Source: the human T2T-CHM13v2.0 reference genome, Homo sapiens
Strand: one strand, 5' to 3'
Assembly: GCF_009914755.1 (NCBI RefSeq)
Contig: NC_060944.1
DNA: 64,000 bases
The notes beneath the pieces are model-generated. The model ran no database searches. It saw only the letters and a list, made by a program, of their open reading frames with translations, and had not been told where the DNA came from. The position numbers and the translations under genes were made by a program. Below, one piece after another: positions 27,861 through 42,400 of the stretch (within the stretch, counting starts at the first letter, position 1; each line of letters begins with the position of its first letter).

Positions 27861-29237
27861 AACACAGGGTAACCCAGGTGACAAGCTGAGATTGCAGCCG
27901 GCTCCCCTGCTCCCACCTTCCAGACCCGCTGGGCCCCACCTAGTAAGCCCTGCCCAAGCCGCCACCCCCTCTCCACACACACACACACACGCGCTCCATC
28001 AGTCCCACGCCTGCTTGTCCGTCAAGTCTCAGTCTAGCCCTCACCTCCTCCTTTGGGAAGCCAGCCCAGAGCCCCTGACCTGCCTCATCCCTCCCTCCCC
28101 AGAGAACCAGGAGGCAGTTAGGGGACAGGCCTTGGCAATCAAGCGCCAGATTCAAATCCTCCCTACTTAGAATCTCTGAACCTCAGTTTTCTTCATCTGT
28201 AAAATGGAGATAATAATAACAGACCATTAAAAACCCACCCTCAGGTAGTAAGTGAAATCCGAAGGTTCAATTGTATAAACTACACCACAGTACCATCACA
28301 GGGTCAATGAACAGCAGCATTATCAGCTGCTCTGTGTTGTCCTGAGAGCAAAGACATAAAGCTCACACCGCCCACCACTACCTGAGAAAGGTCCAATGGT
28401 CACAGGGCTTGTTTCCTAACCTCCCCCCAACCCCAGTCAACCCAAGACCACCCACACTTGAGAACAGGGGCTGGACCAAGGCTGGCTGCTCATCACCACC
28501 CAAGCTATGTTCACCACGTGACCACAGGGCTGTGGCATGGAGTGATGAGACATCCTTGGGTGTGTGCCTGGCACATTGCATGAGTGTCACCTGCTGCTGC
28601 TGCTGCACCCATCACGCCATGTAGGAGGATCTCCTTCCTCTTACGCTGCCTCCAGCCTATGAGAGGATGTAGGTAATGACTATGCTCACAAATATCACAA
28701 ATGCTCGGTATACAGCAGGGGCTCAATAAATGCTTGTTAGAGGCAACCAGAGCACAGCCAGATGTGTGCGTGTGTATGTGCTGACTGTACCATTTTCCAG
28801 ATGTGTGTCCCACAGCCCATCACTTTGCCTCTCTGAGCCTCTGTTACCTCATCTGTAAAATGGGAGGACTCATTCTTGCCTGGAAGGGTGAGTGGGGCAT
28901 CCCCAGGGCTCCTGCGCCCCAGTCACAGGGTGAAGGTATGGCACCAATGTACCCAGAGGATATCTGGCAGGTGCACAGTAGACATAATAGTCCACATAAT
29001 AGTGACAACCAGAGCCACCGTAGCATCTGGCAGAGCAGACTTGGGAGTGAGCTCTTGTGAGTCACAGGTTGGGGCTTCCCTGTGTAACCTGGTGAGGCTC
29101 ACAGGAGTCCAATGGCTTAGAGTGGCAGATAGGGCCATGAGTCGGGCCATTGTCTCTGTGTCATCAATGATTCTGTGTTTGGTAGGTTTGCTCTAGACTC
29201 AGAGAAGAGCAAGACTCACTGGGAGCCTCTTCCCCTC

Positions 29238-29605
29238 TGCTAAGTTTTGAATGTATCCCCCAGAGTTCACATATTGGACATGTAATCCCCAGTGCAAGAG
29301 TGGTGACATGTAGGACCTTTAAGGAATGATTAATGCCATTATCATGGGAGTGGGTTGGTTATCGTGGGATTGGGTTCTTGGTAAAAGGATGAGCTCAGCA
29401 CCCTTCCCTCTTGTTCTCTCTTGCACAATCTCTTACCCTTTTGCCTTCCACTATGGGATGATGCAGCCCAAGGGCCCTCTCCAGATGCCAGCTCCATGCT
29501 CTTGGACTTCCCAGTCTCTAGAATCATAGCCAGATAAATTTCTATTCATTATAAATTACCCAGTCTGCAGCATCCTGTTATAGCAGCATAACATGGACTA
29601 AGACA
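29238..29605 (+). mobile_element. MaLR solo LTR (MSTC/MSTD-like)
   Basis: TGCTAAGTTTTGAATGTATCCCCCAGAGTTCAC...TAAATTACCCAGTCTG..CATGGACTAAGACA, with TSD CCCTC/CCATC. Confidence 0.85.
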
Positions 29606-30351
29606 CCATCCTTTGCCCCAGTTCAGGGCAAAGAGGCCTCAAGAAACCCACCATTTGTGAGAAACTTTTATGTGCTTCCTGGACTTTCTAGGTATTTACT
29701 GACAGCTAACTGTTACGGAGCACTTCTAGCACTAGGTACTGCTCTGCGCTCTTGTACCGTCTCAGACAAGGCCCCACAGGAACTCCTTGACACAGGTATT
29801 GTTATCACCATTTTGCAGGTGAGGCAACTGAGGCACAGAAAGCTTCCCAGAGTCACACAGGTAGGGCGATGGAGAAAAATTTGGAGTCTAAGTCTGAGTC
29901 CCTGAGCTTTCTGCTTAGGAGGCAGCCTAGCCTGGTGGTTAAAGCTGTGACCCCTTCCAAAGCCAGGCCACCAGGGGTCAAAGCTAGGCTCTTCCCCTTT
30001 GTTCTCCTTGCCTCAGTTTCCTTATCCAGAAAATGGGAGCAATAGGACCTACCTCATCAGACTGCTGTGAGGATTAAGTGAGGGCTGTGTTTACAGTGAT
30101 AGGCAATCCATAATCCATAAAAGTACACGCTGGTCCTACCAGATTCCTCCTTCTCTTAGCTCAGAGGACTTCTCCCAATGTGTCTCTCTGTCAGTCTTAT
30201 TTCTCTCTCTTGCTCTTTGCCATCTCTTCTGAGGCATATAAGCTTCTCTTTGTCACTTTCCTCTCTATCTTGGTCCCTTCTGGGTCCTAAATCCTGGCTC
30301 TGAGTTTATGTGCTGCATAAACTTCAGCATAGCACAGGGCAACCCTCCTGA

Positions 30352-30550
30352 CTGTGGATACTCTCAAACTTCATAGAAATTTCTCCTGGGGAACTGGCTA
30401 AATGCAGAGTCCTGGTTCCACCGGAGAGAATCAGATTCTATAGGTCCAGGATGGGGTGAGAGAATCTGCATTTTAACCACTGTCCTCTCCAAAACCTTTC
30501 ACCCTGTGACCTCCCAGGCTGGCTCTTGAACTATACTTTGAGAAGCACTG
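30352..30550. mobile_element. MER5-type hAT-Charlie MITE
   Basis: CTCTCAAACTT..GAATCTGCATTTTAAC..ACTTTGAGAAGCACTG. Confidence 0.7.
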
Positions 30551-31389
30551 CATTTGCCCTCAGTTTCCTCATCTGTCAATTTGGAGTAAACAGAAACTAC
30601 CTCCCAAGGTTGTAAAGATGAAATGAAATAATTTGTCTGGAAAGCAAACACCTTTTCTCTGTCTTGGCTTTTGTAAAATTTATTTTGTCTCTGACTTTCC
30701 CATTCTCTGTTTCTGGTGTTTTTCCTATTTCATTCTCTGTCCTCTCTCTCCCTACCCTCTACCTGGAAGTGGACCCAACTCCAGAGCTGAAATGGAAAAC
30801 ACTGAACAGGTGTGGCCCTTCTGTAAAGGCTGGAGGCCCCAAGATCATCCAAATGGCCTGTCCAGCTCCTTCCTACTGGCACCCCAGCAGTCCCCAAGAC
30901 CAAGCATCCCCACCCCTGCAGCCCCCACAGCAGCAAAGCTGGGGAAAGATGGGGATCCATTGTGCAGGAACGGCCTTGCTGCTATGGAAACCAGCACTCA
31001 GAAAATGCTCAGAGATGATCCATTCTGGGGAGCGGCCTGGCCTTGGGGGAGGGGGAAAGGCCAAACTCTGCACCTTGGACTTTGCCCTCCCATTACCGGC
31101 CATGTGATGCTGGGCAAGTCACTTAACCTCTCTGAACCCTCCTCTCCCTCACCGGGCCCCGAGCAGCAGCCTCCATTATCGGTGGGTGATAACCGCCGCT
31201 GATGACTGAACACTGCTCTGCGGCTTTCAAGCCTGAAGACACGCCAAATTGCCATTTGCTTTCATTACTGCGAGCTTGAAATATTCTAGTGCCAGCTTGC
31301 TGCATGACCCTGTGCCTCCGAGGGCCACCAAACTATTTCCATGATAGAATTCCCTCTCGCAGAGGTGCAGAGTCCACTCTGAGTCACTC

Positions 31390-31447
31390 TACAACACACA
31401 CACACACACACACCACACAAGCACACACACACCGCACACACAGACAC
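31390..31447. repeat. (CA)n imperfect microsatellite
   Basis: Seen directly. Confidence 0.85.
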
Positions 31448-33339
31448 TAGCTACTGAGCTAAGTTGCCCATACACTTGCCTCACCCCGGTTGCGCTGCGA
31501 TTCCTCTTCTAGGAAGGGAAGAAGTGAGCACAATGTCTCCTGATTACTCCATCAGCAGCGCCCAATGCTCTGCAGCTGCAGAACTTATCTCATGGTGCAT
31601 TTTCCTTCCTCAATGTCTCCCAGGGCACCTCCCCTCCAAGATCCCTCCCACGGTTCCCCATGCCTCCAGGCCTAAGTCTAAGCTCAACAGCCTGACCTTC
31701 GAGGCCCTCAGAGCCAACTGCGCCCTTGCTCCACAATGTCACCCCTCTATTTGCGACAGCAGTCCCTGTGAAGGCAGGGATTCTGTTTGCCATTGTAGCT
31801 GATGGAACCCCAGTGCCTGGTACATCCTGAGGCCAGGGGAGCAGAGGATAAGGGCATGCATGAGAGGGTGGCTACCACGTGCCACCCACCCCAGGGACAT
31901 CAAGTAAGACCCTTACCCTCCTTGTGCCTCAGCTTCTCACTCTTCACAACACACAGTAACACACCACACACATATACACTCTGAAACTCACACACACACA
32001 GCAACATAAACACACATCCCACACTCCCCCATACACAGACACGCACACCATGGTGTACGAAGAGCATCGGACCCCCTGGCCATCTGGCCGTCCCCTGAAC
32101 AAGCTGTGCACTTTCCTCCCTCCTTACCTTTGCTCATGCAGTTTCTTCTTCCAAAAACCCACTTCCAACAAGTTCTTCCAGAGCTCTCAGGGATCCTCTG
32201 CACGCAACTCCTCCTCAGTAATCAATGTAATTTCTCAGAGAACACGATGACTTGCCCAAGATCACACAAGAAGTGTGTGGCCGCAGAGCCTGTGTCAGAA
32301 CCCAGGCCTTGGGGTGGGGGGACACTGAGTCCAGCTGCTCTGAAGAGCATCCGAGCATTTATTCAGCCAGCCAGGCGCCTGTTTGTTTGTTTTCCCAACA
32401 CACACTTATTACGCCCCAGGCAGGCTGCTCAGTGCTGGGGACCCAGCCATGAACAAGGCCAGCACACGCAGCCCAGAGAAGCAGACAGATGCTAAACAAG
32501 TAATTACAAGTGTGATGGATGCCACAAAGGAAAAGCAGCAAGGGCCCTGGGAAGAGACAGTGGGGGATGCCAACATCTCCCATTTGTACAAGGTTTGCAG
32601 AAACCTTACCGCAGTGGTGGTCCTGCAGCACCTCCCATCAGAATCCCGTTTAAAGCCCCCAGGCATGCAGACCCAGCACTTCTGGGGAGGGCTGTTTCTT
32701 CCCAGGGAAGGACACTGTGAGGTTTGAGGACCACAGCTTTAGAGGCCTGGGTGAGGGGGTCTGAAGGTGGTAAATGTTTTCTAAGTATCCACCAGATCTC
32801 GGGCTGATTCACTCCTGCCAGGCCACTGAGGTAGGCAGCATTAGGCCCATTTTACAGAGAAGCAAACCAAGGCCTAGAAAACCCCAGTGATTAGTGAGTA
32901 TAGAAGAGGGATTCGAACCCAGGCCTGTCAGACTCCAGATCTCAGGAAGGTCCTTAAAGATGGCCCGGCTCCTGGGTGCCCAGCACACAACCTTGCCAAA
33001 TGGGCTTACAGTTAAAAGGGAAACCACTAGCACTCAGAGACCCCAGGTCACGGATTACAAGGTGCCACTTGTGCTTTACAACAGAGCATGTTAGTCACAT
33101 GGTGCTAAGTGGCTCTGACATCACAGTGGGCATCCAGCCAGGTACCTCCACTGACCAGGTGCATGGCCTCGGGCAAGTTGCTTAACCTCTCTGGGCTCAG
33201 TTTCCTGTCTGTAAGATGGGACAATGGTGGTGGGGAGGAGTTTCTCTGCTTAGGCCTCCTTGCCTCCCCTCCCCCTCTCCCTCCGTCTGCTCCAGTCACA
33301 CCCGCCTCCCAGCCTTTCTCAAACATGTCAGGCCCTGTC

Positions 33340-33481
33340 CCTGCTCAGCAGCTTTGCACATGCTGTTCCTTCTGCCTGAACACTCTTCCTCCACATAGCT
33401 ACATATCTCCGCTCATATGTCACCTTTTCAGAGAGACCTTCCCCGACCCCTTGGCAGAAATCACCCCCACACCACCCCTGT
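33340..33481 (+). mobile_element. L2 (L2a-like) 3' region, left part, interrupted by the VNTR
   Basis: CTTTGCACATGCTGTTCCTTCTGCCTGAACACTCTTCC...ATGTCACCTTTTCAGAGAGACCTTCCCCGACC resembles the L2a 3' consensus. Confidence 0.75.
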
Positions 33482-36400
33482 GTGTCCACCACCCTGTATC
33501 CAGCCCCGTGTCCATCCCCCGTGTCCATCCCCGTGTCCATCCCCCCGTGTCCATCCCCCCGTGTCCATCCCCCCGTATCCATCCCCCCGTGTCCATCCCC
33601 CTGTGTCCATCCCCCTGTATCCACCCCCCCGTGTCCATCCCCCCGTGTCCATCCCCCCGTGTCCATCCCCCCGTGTCCACCCCCCCCGTGTCCACCCCCC
33701 CCGTGTCCACCCCCCCGTGTCCACCCCCCCGTGTCCACCCCCCCGTGTCCACCCCCCCGTGTCCATCCCCCCGTGTCCACCCCCCCGTGTCCACCCCCCC
33801 GTGTCCATCCCCCCCGTGTCCACCCCCCCGTGTCCATCCCCCCCGTGTCCACCCCCCCGTGTCCACCCCCCCGTGTCCATCCCCCCCGTGTCCACCCCCC
33901 CGTGTCCATCCCCCCCGTGTCCACCCCCCCGTGTCCACCCCCCCGTGTCCACCCCCCCGTGTCCACCCCCCCGTGTCCATCCCCCCGTGTCCACCCCCCC
34001 GTGTCCACCCCCCCGTGTCCACCCCCCCGTGTCCATCCCCCCGTGTCCATCCCCCCGTGTCCATCCCCCCGTATCCATCCCCCCGTGTCCATCCCCCCGT
34101 GTCCATCCCCCCGTGTCCATCCCCCCGTGTCCATCCCCCCGTGTCCATCCCCGTGTCCACCCCCCCTGTGTCCACCCCCCCTGTATCCATCCCCCTGTAT
34201 CCATCCCCCCTGTGTCCATCCCCCTGTGTCCATCCCCCTGTATCCATCCCCCTGTATCCATCCCCCTGTATCCATCCCCCCTGTGTCCATCCCCCTGTAT
34301 CCATCCCCCTGTATCCATCCCCCTGTATCCATCCCCCTGTATCCATCCCCCTGTATCCATCCCCCCTGTGTCCATCCCCCTGTGTCCATCCCCGTGTCCA
34401 CCCCCCGTGTCCATCCCCCCGTGTCCATCCCCCCGTGTCCATCCCCCCGTGTCCATCCCCCCGTGTCCACCCCCCCGTGTCCACCCCCCCGTGTCCATCC
34501 CCCCGTGTCCATCCCCCCGTGTCCATCCCCCCGTGTCCATCCCCCCGTGTCCATCCCCCCGTATCCATCCCCCTGTATCCATCCCCCCGTGTCCATCCCC
34601 GTGTCCACCCCCCCTGTGTCCATCCCCCTGTATCCATCCCCCTGTATCCATCCCCCCTGTGTCCATCCCCCTGTATCCATCCCCCTGTATCCATCCCCCT
34701 GTATCCATCCCCCCTGTGTCCATCCCCCTGTATCCATCCCCCTGTATCCATCCCCCTGTATCCATCCCCCTGTATCCATCCCCCCTGTGTCCATCCCCCT
34801 GTGTCCATCCCCCTGTATCCATCCCCGTGTCCACCCCCCGTGTCCATCCCCCTGTGTCCATCCCCCCGTATCCATCCCCCCGTATCCATCCCCCCGTATC
34901 CATCCCCCCGTATCCATCCCCCCGTATCCATCCCCCCGTGTCCATCCCCCCGTATCCATCCCCCCGTATCCATCCCCCCGTGTCCATCCCCCCTGTGTCC
35001 ATCCCCCTGTATCCATCCCCCTGTATCCATCCCCCCGTATCCATCCCCCCGTGTCCATCCCCGTGTATCCATCCCCCTGTATCCATCCCCCTGTATCCAT
35101 CCCCCCTGTGTCCATCCCCCTGTATCCATCCCCCTGTATCCATCCCCCTGTATCCATCCCCCTGTATCCATCCCCCTGTATCCATCCCCCCTGTGTCCAT
35201 CCCCCTGTGTCCATCCCCGTGTCCACCCCCCGTGTCCATCCCCCCGTGTCCATCCCCCCGTGTCCATCCCCCCGTGTCCACCCCCCCGTGTCCACCCCCC
35301 CGTGTCCATCCCCCCGTGTCCATCCCCCCGTGTCCATCCCCCCGTGTCCATCCCCCCGTATCCATCCCCCTGTATCCATCCCCCCGTGTCCATCCCCGTG
35401 TCCACCCCCCCTGTGTCCATCCCCCTGTGTCCATCCCCCTGTATCCATCCCCCCTGTGTCCATCCCCCTGTATCCATCCCCCTGTATCCATCCCCCTGTA
35501 TCCATCCCCCCTGTGTCCATCCCCCTGTATCCATCCCCCTGTATCCATCCCCCTGTATCCATCCCCCTGTATCCATCCCCCTGTATCCATCCCCCCTGTG
35601 TCCATCCCCCTGTGTCCATCCCCCCGTATCCATCCCCCCGTATCCATCCCCCTGTATCCATCCCCCTGTATCCATCCCCCCTGTGTCCATCCCCCTGTAT
35701 CCATCCCCCTGTATCCATCCCCCTGTATCCATCCCCCTGTATCCATCCCCCTGTATCCATCCCCCCTGTGTCCATCCCCCTGTATCCATCCCCCTGTATC
35801 CATCCCCCTGTATCCATCCCCCCTGTGTCCATCCCCCTGTGTCCATCCCCCTGTATCCATCCCCGTGTCCACCCCCCGTGTCCATCCCCCTGTGTCCATC
35901 CCCCCGTATCCATCCCCCCGTATCCATCCCCCCGTATCCATCCCCCTGTATCCATCCCCCCGTATCCATCCCCCCGTGTCCATCCCCCCGTATCCATCCC
36001 CCTGTATCCATCCCCCCGTGTCCATCCCCCCCGTGTCCATCCCCCCGTATCCATCCCCCTGTATCCATCCCCCCGTATCCATCCCCCCGTGTCCATCCCC
36101 CCGTATCCATCCCCCCGTATCCATCCCCCCGTATCCATCCCCCTGTATCCATCCCCCCGTATCCATCCCCCCGTGTCCATCCCCCCGTATCCATCCCCCT
36201 GTATCCATCCCCCCGTGTCCATCCCCCCCGTGTCCATCCCCCCGTATCCATCCCCCTGTATCCATCCCCCCGTATCCATCCCCTGTATCCATCCCCCTGT
36301 ATCCATCCCCCCGTGTCCATCCCCCCGTGTCCATCCCCCCGTATCCATCCCCCTGTATCCATCCCCCCGTGTCCATCCCCCCCGTGTCCATCCCCCCGTA

Positions 36401-39400
36401 TCCATCCCCCTGTATCCATCCCCTGTATCCATCCCCCCGTATCCATCCCCCCGTGTCCATCCCCGTGTATCCATCCCCCTGTGTCCATCCCCCTGTATCC
36501 ATCCCCCTGTGTCCATCCCCCTGTGTCCATCCCCCTGTATCCATCCCCCTGTGTCCATCCCCCCGTATCCATCCCCCCGTATCCATCCCCCCGTGTCCAT
36601 CCCCGTGTATCCATCCCCCTGTGTCCATCCCCCTGTATCCATCCCCCTGTGTCCATCCCCCTGTGTCCATCCCCCTGTATCCATCCCCCTGTGTCCACCC
36701 CCCTGTGTCCATCCCCCTGTGTCCATCCCCCTGTATCCACCCCCCTGTGTCCATCCCCCTGTATCCATCCCCCTGTGTCCATCCCCCTGTATCCATCCCC
36801 CCTGTGTCCATCCCCCTGTATCCATCCCCCTGTGTCCATCCCCCTGTATCCATCCCCCTGTGTCCATCCCCCTGTATCCATCCCCCCTGTGTCCATCCCC
36901 CTGTATCCATCCCCCCGTGTCCATCCCCCCGTGTCCATCCCCCCGTATCCATCCCCCCGTGTCCATCCCCGTGTATCCATCCCCCTGTGTCCATCCCCCT
37001 GTATCCATCCCCCTGTATCCATCCCCCTGTGTCCATCCCCCTGTATCCATCCCCCTGTATCCACCCCCCTGTGTCCATCCCCCTGTATCCATCCCCCTGT
37101 ATCCACCCCCCTGTGTCCATCCCCCTGTATCCATCCCCCTGTGTCCATCCCCCTGTGTCCATCCCCCTGTGTCCATCCCCCTGTATCCATCCCCCTGTAT
37201 CCATCCCCCTGTATCCATCCCCCTGTGTCCATCCCCCCGTATCCATCCCCCCGTATCCATCCCCCCGTATCCATCCCCCTGTATCCATCCCCCCGTGTCC
37301 ATCCCCCCGTATCCATCCCCCCGTGTCCATCCCCCCGTGTCCATCCCCCTGTGTCCATCCCCCCGTGTCCACCCCCCGTGTCCATCCCCCTGTGTCCATC
37401 CCCCCGTATCCATCCCCCCGTATCCATCCCCCCGTATCCATCCCCCTGTATCCATCCCCCCGTATCCATCCCCCCGTGTCCATCCCCCTGTATCCATCCC
37501 CCCGTATCCATCCCCCCGTGTCCATCCCCCCGTATCCATCCCCCCGTATCCATCCCCCCGTGTCCATCCCCGTGTATCCATCCCCCTGTGTCCATCCCCC
37601 TGTATCCATCCCCCTGTGTCCATCCCCCTGTGTCCATCCCCCTGTATCCATCCCCCTGTGTCCATCCCCCCGTATCCATCCCCCCGTATCCATCCCCCCG
37701 TGTCCATCCCCGTGTATCCATCCCCCTGTGTCCATCCCCCTGTATCCATCCCCCTGTGTCCATCCCCCTGTGTCCATCCCCCTGTGTCCATCCCCCTGTG
37801 TCCACCCCCCTGTGTCCATCCCCCTGTGTCCATCCCCCTGTATCCACCCCCCTGTGTCCATCCCCCTGTATCCATCCCCCTGTGTCCATCCCCCTGTATC
37901 CATCCCCCCTGTGTCCATCCCCCTGTATCCATCCCCCTGTGTCCATCCCCCTGTATCCATCCCCCCGTGTCCATCCCCCTGTATCCATCCCCCCTGTGTC
38001 CATCCCCCTGTATCCATCCCCCTGTGTCCATCCCCCCGTGTCCATCCCCCCGTATCCATCCCCCCGTATCCATCCCCCCGTGTCCATCCCCGTGTGTCCA
38101 TCCCCCTGTGTCCATCCCCCTGTGTCCATCCCCCTGTATCCATCCCCCTGTGTCCATCCCCCTGTATCCATCCCCCTGTATCCACCCCCCTGTGTCCATC
38201 CCCCTGTATCCATCCCCCTGTATCCACCCCCCTGTGTCCATCCCCCTGTATCCATCCCCCTGTGTCCATCCCCCTGTGTCCATCCCCCTGTGTCCATCCC
38301 CCTGTATCCACCCCCCGTGTCCACCCCCCTGTGTCCATCCCCCTGTATCCATCCCCCTGTATCCATCCCCCTGTATCCATCCCCCTGTATCCATCCCCCT
38401 GTGTCCACCCCCCTGTGTCCACCCCCCGTATCCATCCCCCCGTATCCATCCCCCCGTATCCATCCCCCTGTATCCATCCCCCTGTATCCATCCCCCTGTA
38501 TCCACCCCCCCGTGTCCATCCCCCCGTATCCATCCCCCCGTATCCACCCCCCTGTGTCCATCCCCCTGTGTCCATCCCCCTGTGTCCATCCCCCTGTATC
38601 CATCCCCCTGTATCCATCCCCCTGTGTCCATCCCCCTGTATCCATCCCCCTGTATCCACCCCCCTGTGTCCATCCCCGTGTCCATCCCCCCGTGTCCATC
38701 CCCCTGTATCCACCCCCCGTGTCCATCCCCCTGTATCCATCCCCCTGTATCCATCCCCCTGTATCCATCCCCCTGTATCCATCCCCCCTGTGTCCATCCC
38801 CCTGTGTCCATCCCCCTGTATCCATCCCCGTGTCCACCCCCCGTGTCCATCCCCCTGTGTCCATCCCCCCGTATCCATCCCCCCGTATCCATCCCCCCGT
38901 ATCCATCCCCCCGTATCCATCCCCCCGTATCCATCCCCCTGTATCCACCCCCCGTGTCCATCCCCCCGTGTCCATCCCCCCGTATCCATCCCCCCGTGTC
39001 CATCCCCCCGTGTCCATCCCCCCGTGTCCATCCCCCCGTGTCCATCCCCCCGTGTCCATCCCCCCGTGTCCATCCCCGTGTGTCCATCCCCCTGTGTCCA
39101 TCCCCCTGTGTCCATCCCCCTGTGTCCATCCCCCTGTGTCCATCCCCCCTGTGTCCATCCCCCCTGTGTCCATCCCCCTGTGTCCATCCCCCTGTGTCCA
39201 TCCCCCTGTGTCCATCCCCCTGTGTCCACCCCCCTGTGTCCACCCCCCTGTGTCCACCCCCCTGTGTCCATCCCCCCTGTGTCCATCCCCCTGTGTCCAT
39301 CCCCCTGTGTCCACCCCCCTGTGTCCACCCCCCTGTGTCCACCCCCCTGTGTCCATCCCCCTGTGTCCACCCCCCTGTGTCCACCCCCCTGTGTCCACCC

Positions 39401-42400
39401 CCCTGTGTCCACCCCCCTGTGTCCATCCCCCTGTGTCCATCCCCCCTGTGTCCATCCCCCCTGTGTCCATCCCCCTGTGTCCACCCCCCTGTGTCCACCC
39501 CCCTGTGTCCATCCCCCTGTGTCCATCCCCCTGTGTCCATCCCCCCTGTATCCATCCCCCTGTGTCCATCCCCCCGTGTCCATCCCCCCGTGTCCACCCC
39601 CCCGTGTCCACCCCCCCGTGTCCACCCCCCCGTGTCCATCCCCCCGTGTCCATCCCCCCGTGTCCACCCCCCCGTGTCCACCCCCCCGTGTCCACCCCCC
39701 CGTGTCCACCCCCCCGTGTCCATCCCCCCGTGTCCATCCCCCCTGTGTCCATCCCCCCTGTATCCATCCCCCTGTGTCCATCCCCCTGTGTCCATCCCCC
39801 TGTGTCCATCCCCCTGTGTCCATCCCCCCTGTGTCCATCCCCCCTGTGTCCATCCCCCTGTGTCCATCCCCCTGTGTCCATCCCCCTGTGTCCATCCCCC
39901 CTGTGTCCATCCCCCCTGTATCCATCCCCCTGTGTCCATCCCCCTGTGTCCATCCCCCCGTGTCCATCCCCCCGTGTCCATCCCCCCGTGTCCATCCCCC
40001 CGTGTCCACCCCCCCGTGTCCACCCCCCCGTGTCCATCCCCCCGTGTCCATCCCCCCGTGTCCATCCCCCCGTGTCCATCCCCCCGTGTCCACCCCCCCG
40101 TGTCCACCCCCCCGTGTCCACCCCCCCGTGTCCATCCCCCCGTGTCCATCCCCCTGTGTCCATCCCCCCTGTGTCCATCCCCCCTGTGTCCATCCCCCTG
40201 TGTCCATCCCCCTGTGTCCATCCCCCTGTGTCCATCCCCCTGTGTCCATCCCCCCTGTGTCCATCCCCGTGTGTCCATCCCCCTGTGTCCATCCCCCTGT
40301 GTCCATCCCCCTGTGTCCATCCCCCCTGTGTCCATCCCCCCTGTGTCCATCCCCCTGTGTCCATCCCCCTGTGTCCATCCCCCTGTGTCCATCCCCCTGT
40401 GTCCATCCCCCTGTGTCCATCCCCCCGTGTCCACCCCCCCGTGTCCACCCCCCCGTGTCCATCCCCCCGTGTCCATCCCCCCGTGTCCATCCCCCCGTGT
40501 CCATCCCCCCGTGTCCACCCCCCCGTGTCCACCCCCCCGTGTCCACCCCCCTGTGTCCACCCCCCTGTGTCCACCCCCCTGTGTCCATCCCCCTGTATCC
40601 ATCCCCCTGTGTCCATCCCCCTGTGTCCATCCCCCTGTGTCCATCCCCCCTGTGTCCATCCCCCTGTGTCCATCCCCCTGTGTCCACCCCCCTGTGTCCA
40701 CCCCCCTGTGTCCATCCCCCTGTGTCCATCCCCCTGTGTCCATCCCCCCTGTATCCATCCCCCTGTGTCCATCCCCCTGTGTCCATCCCCCTGTGTCCAT
40801 CCCCCCTGTGTCCATCCCCCCTGTGTCCATCCCCCTGTGTCCATCCCCCTGTGTCCACCCCCCTGTGTCCACCCCCCTGTGTCCATCCCCCTGTATCCAT
40901 CCCCCTGTGTCCATCCCCCCTGTGTCCATCCCCCCTGTGTCCATCCCCCTGTGTCCATCCCCCTGTGTCCATCCCCCTGTGTCCACCCCCCCGTGTCCAT
41001 CCCCCCGTGTCCATCCCCCCGTGTCCATCCCCCCGTGTCCATCCCCCCGTGTCCATCCCCCTGTATCCATCCCCCTGTATCCATCCCCCTGTGTCCACCC
41101 CCCTGTGTCCATCCCCCCGTATCCACCCCCCCGTGTCCACCCCCCCGTGTCCATCCCCCTGTGTCCATCCCCCTGTATCCACCCCCCTGTGTCCATCCCC
41201 CTGTGTCCACCCCCCTGTGTCCATCCCCCCGTATCCACCCCCCCGTGTCCACCCCCCCGTGTCCATCCCCCTGTGTCCATCCCCCTGTATCCACCCCCCT
41301 GTGTCCATCCCCCCGTGTCCATCCCCCTGTATCCATCCCCGTGTCCACCCCCCGTGTCCATCCCCCTGTGTCCATCCCCCTGTATCCATCCCCCTGTATC
41401 CATCCCCCTGTATCCATCCCCCTGTATCCATCCCCCTGTGTCCATCCCCCTGTGTCCATCCCCGTGTCCACCCCCCGTGTCCATCCCCCTGTGTCCACCC
41501 CCCCGTATCCATCCCCCCGTATCCATCCCCCTGTGTCCATCCCCCTGTATCCATCCCCGTGTCCACCCCCCGTGTCCATCCCCCTGTGTCCATCCCCCTG
41601 TATCCATCCCCCTGTATCCATCCCCCTGTGTCCATCCCCCTGTATCCATCCCCCTGTATCCATCCCCCTGTATCCATCCCCCCTGTGTCCACCCCCCTGT
41701 ATCCATCCCCCTGTATCCATCCCCCTGTATCCATCCCCCTGTATCCACCCCCCTGTATCCATCCCCCCTGTGTCCACCCCCCTGTATCCATCCCCCTGTA
41801 TCCATCCCCCTGTATCCATCCCCCTGTATCCATCCCCCCTGTGTCCACCCCCCTGTATCCATCCCCCTGTATCCACCCCCCCGTATCCACCCCCCCGTAT
41901 CCATCCCCCTGTATCCATCCCCCTGTATCCACCCCCCCGTGTCCATCCCCCCGTATCCATCCCCCCGTGTCCATCCCCCCGTGTCCACCCCCCCGTGTCC
42001 ACCCCCCCGTGTCCACCCCCCCGTATCCATCCCCCTGTATCCATCCCCCTGTATCCATCCCCCCGTATCCATCCCCGTGTCCACCCCCCGTGTCCATCCC
42101 CCCGTATCCATCCCCCCGTATCCATCCCCCCGTATCCATCCCCCTGTATCCATCCCCCTGTGTCCATCCCCCTGTATCCATCCCCGTGTCCACCCCCCGT
42201 GTCCATCCCCCTGTGTCCATCCCCCTGTATCCATCCCCGTGTCCACCCCCCGTGTCCATCCCCCTGTGTCCATCCCCCTGTATCCATCCCCCTGTATCCA
42301 TCCCCCTGTATCCATCCCCCTGTATCCATCCCCCTGTGTCCATCCCCCTGTATCCATCCCCGTGTCCACCCCCCGTGTCCACCCCCCGTATCCATCCCCC

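Noticed and set aside
29964-29982. CTCF-like motifs (GGCCACCAGGGGTCA; also ~11910 and ~16970)
   Set aside because: Only partial matches, which are expected by chance in 64 kb without PWM or ChIP support.
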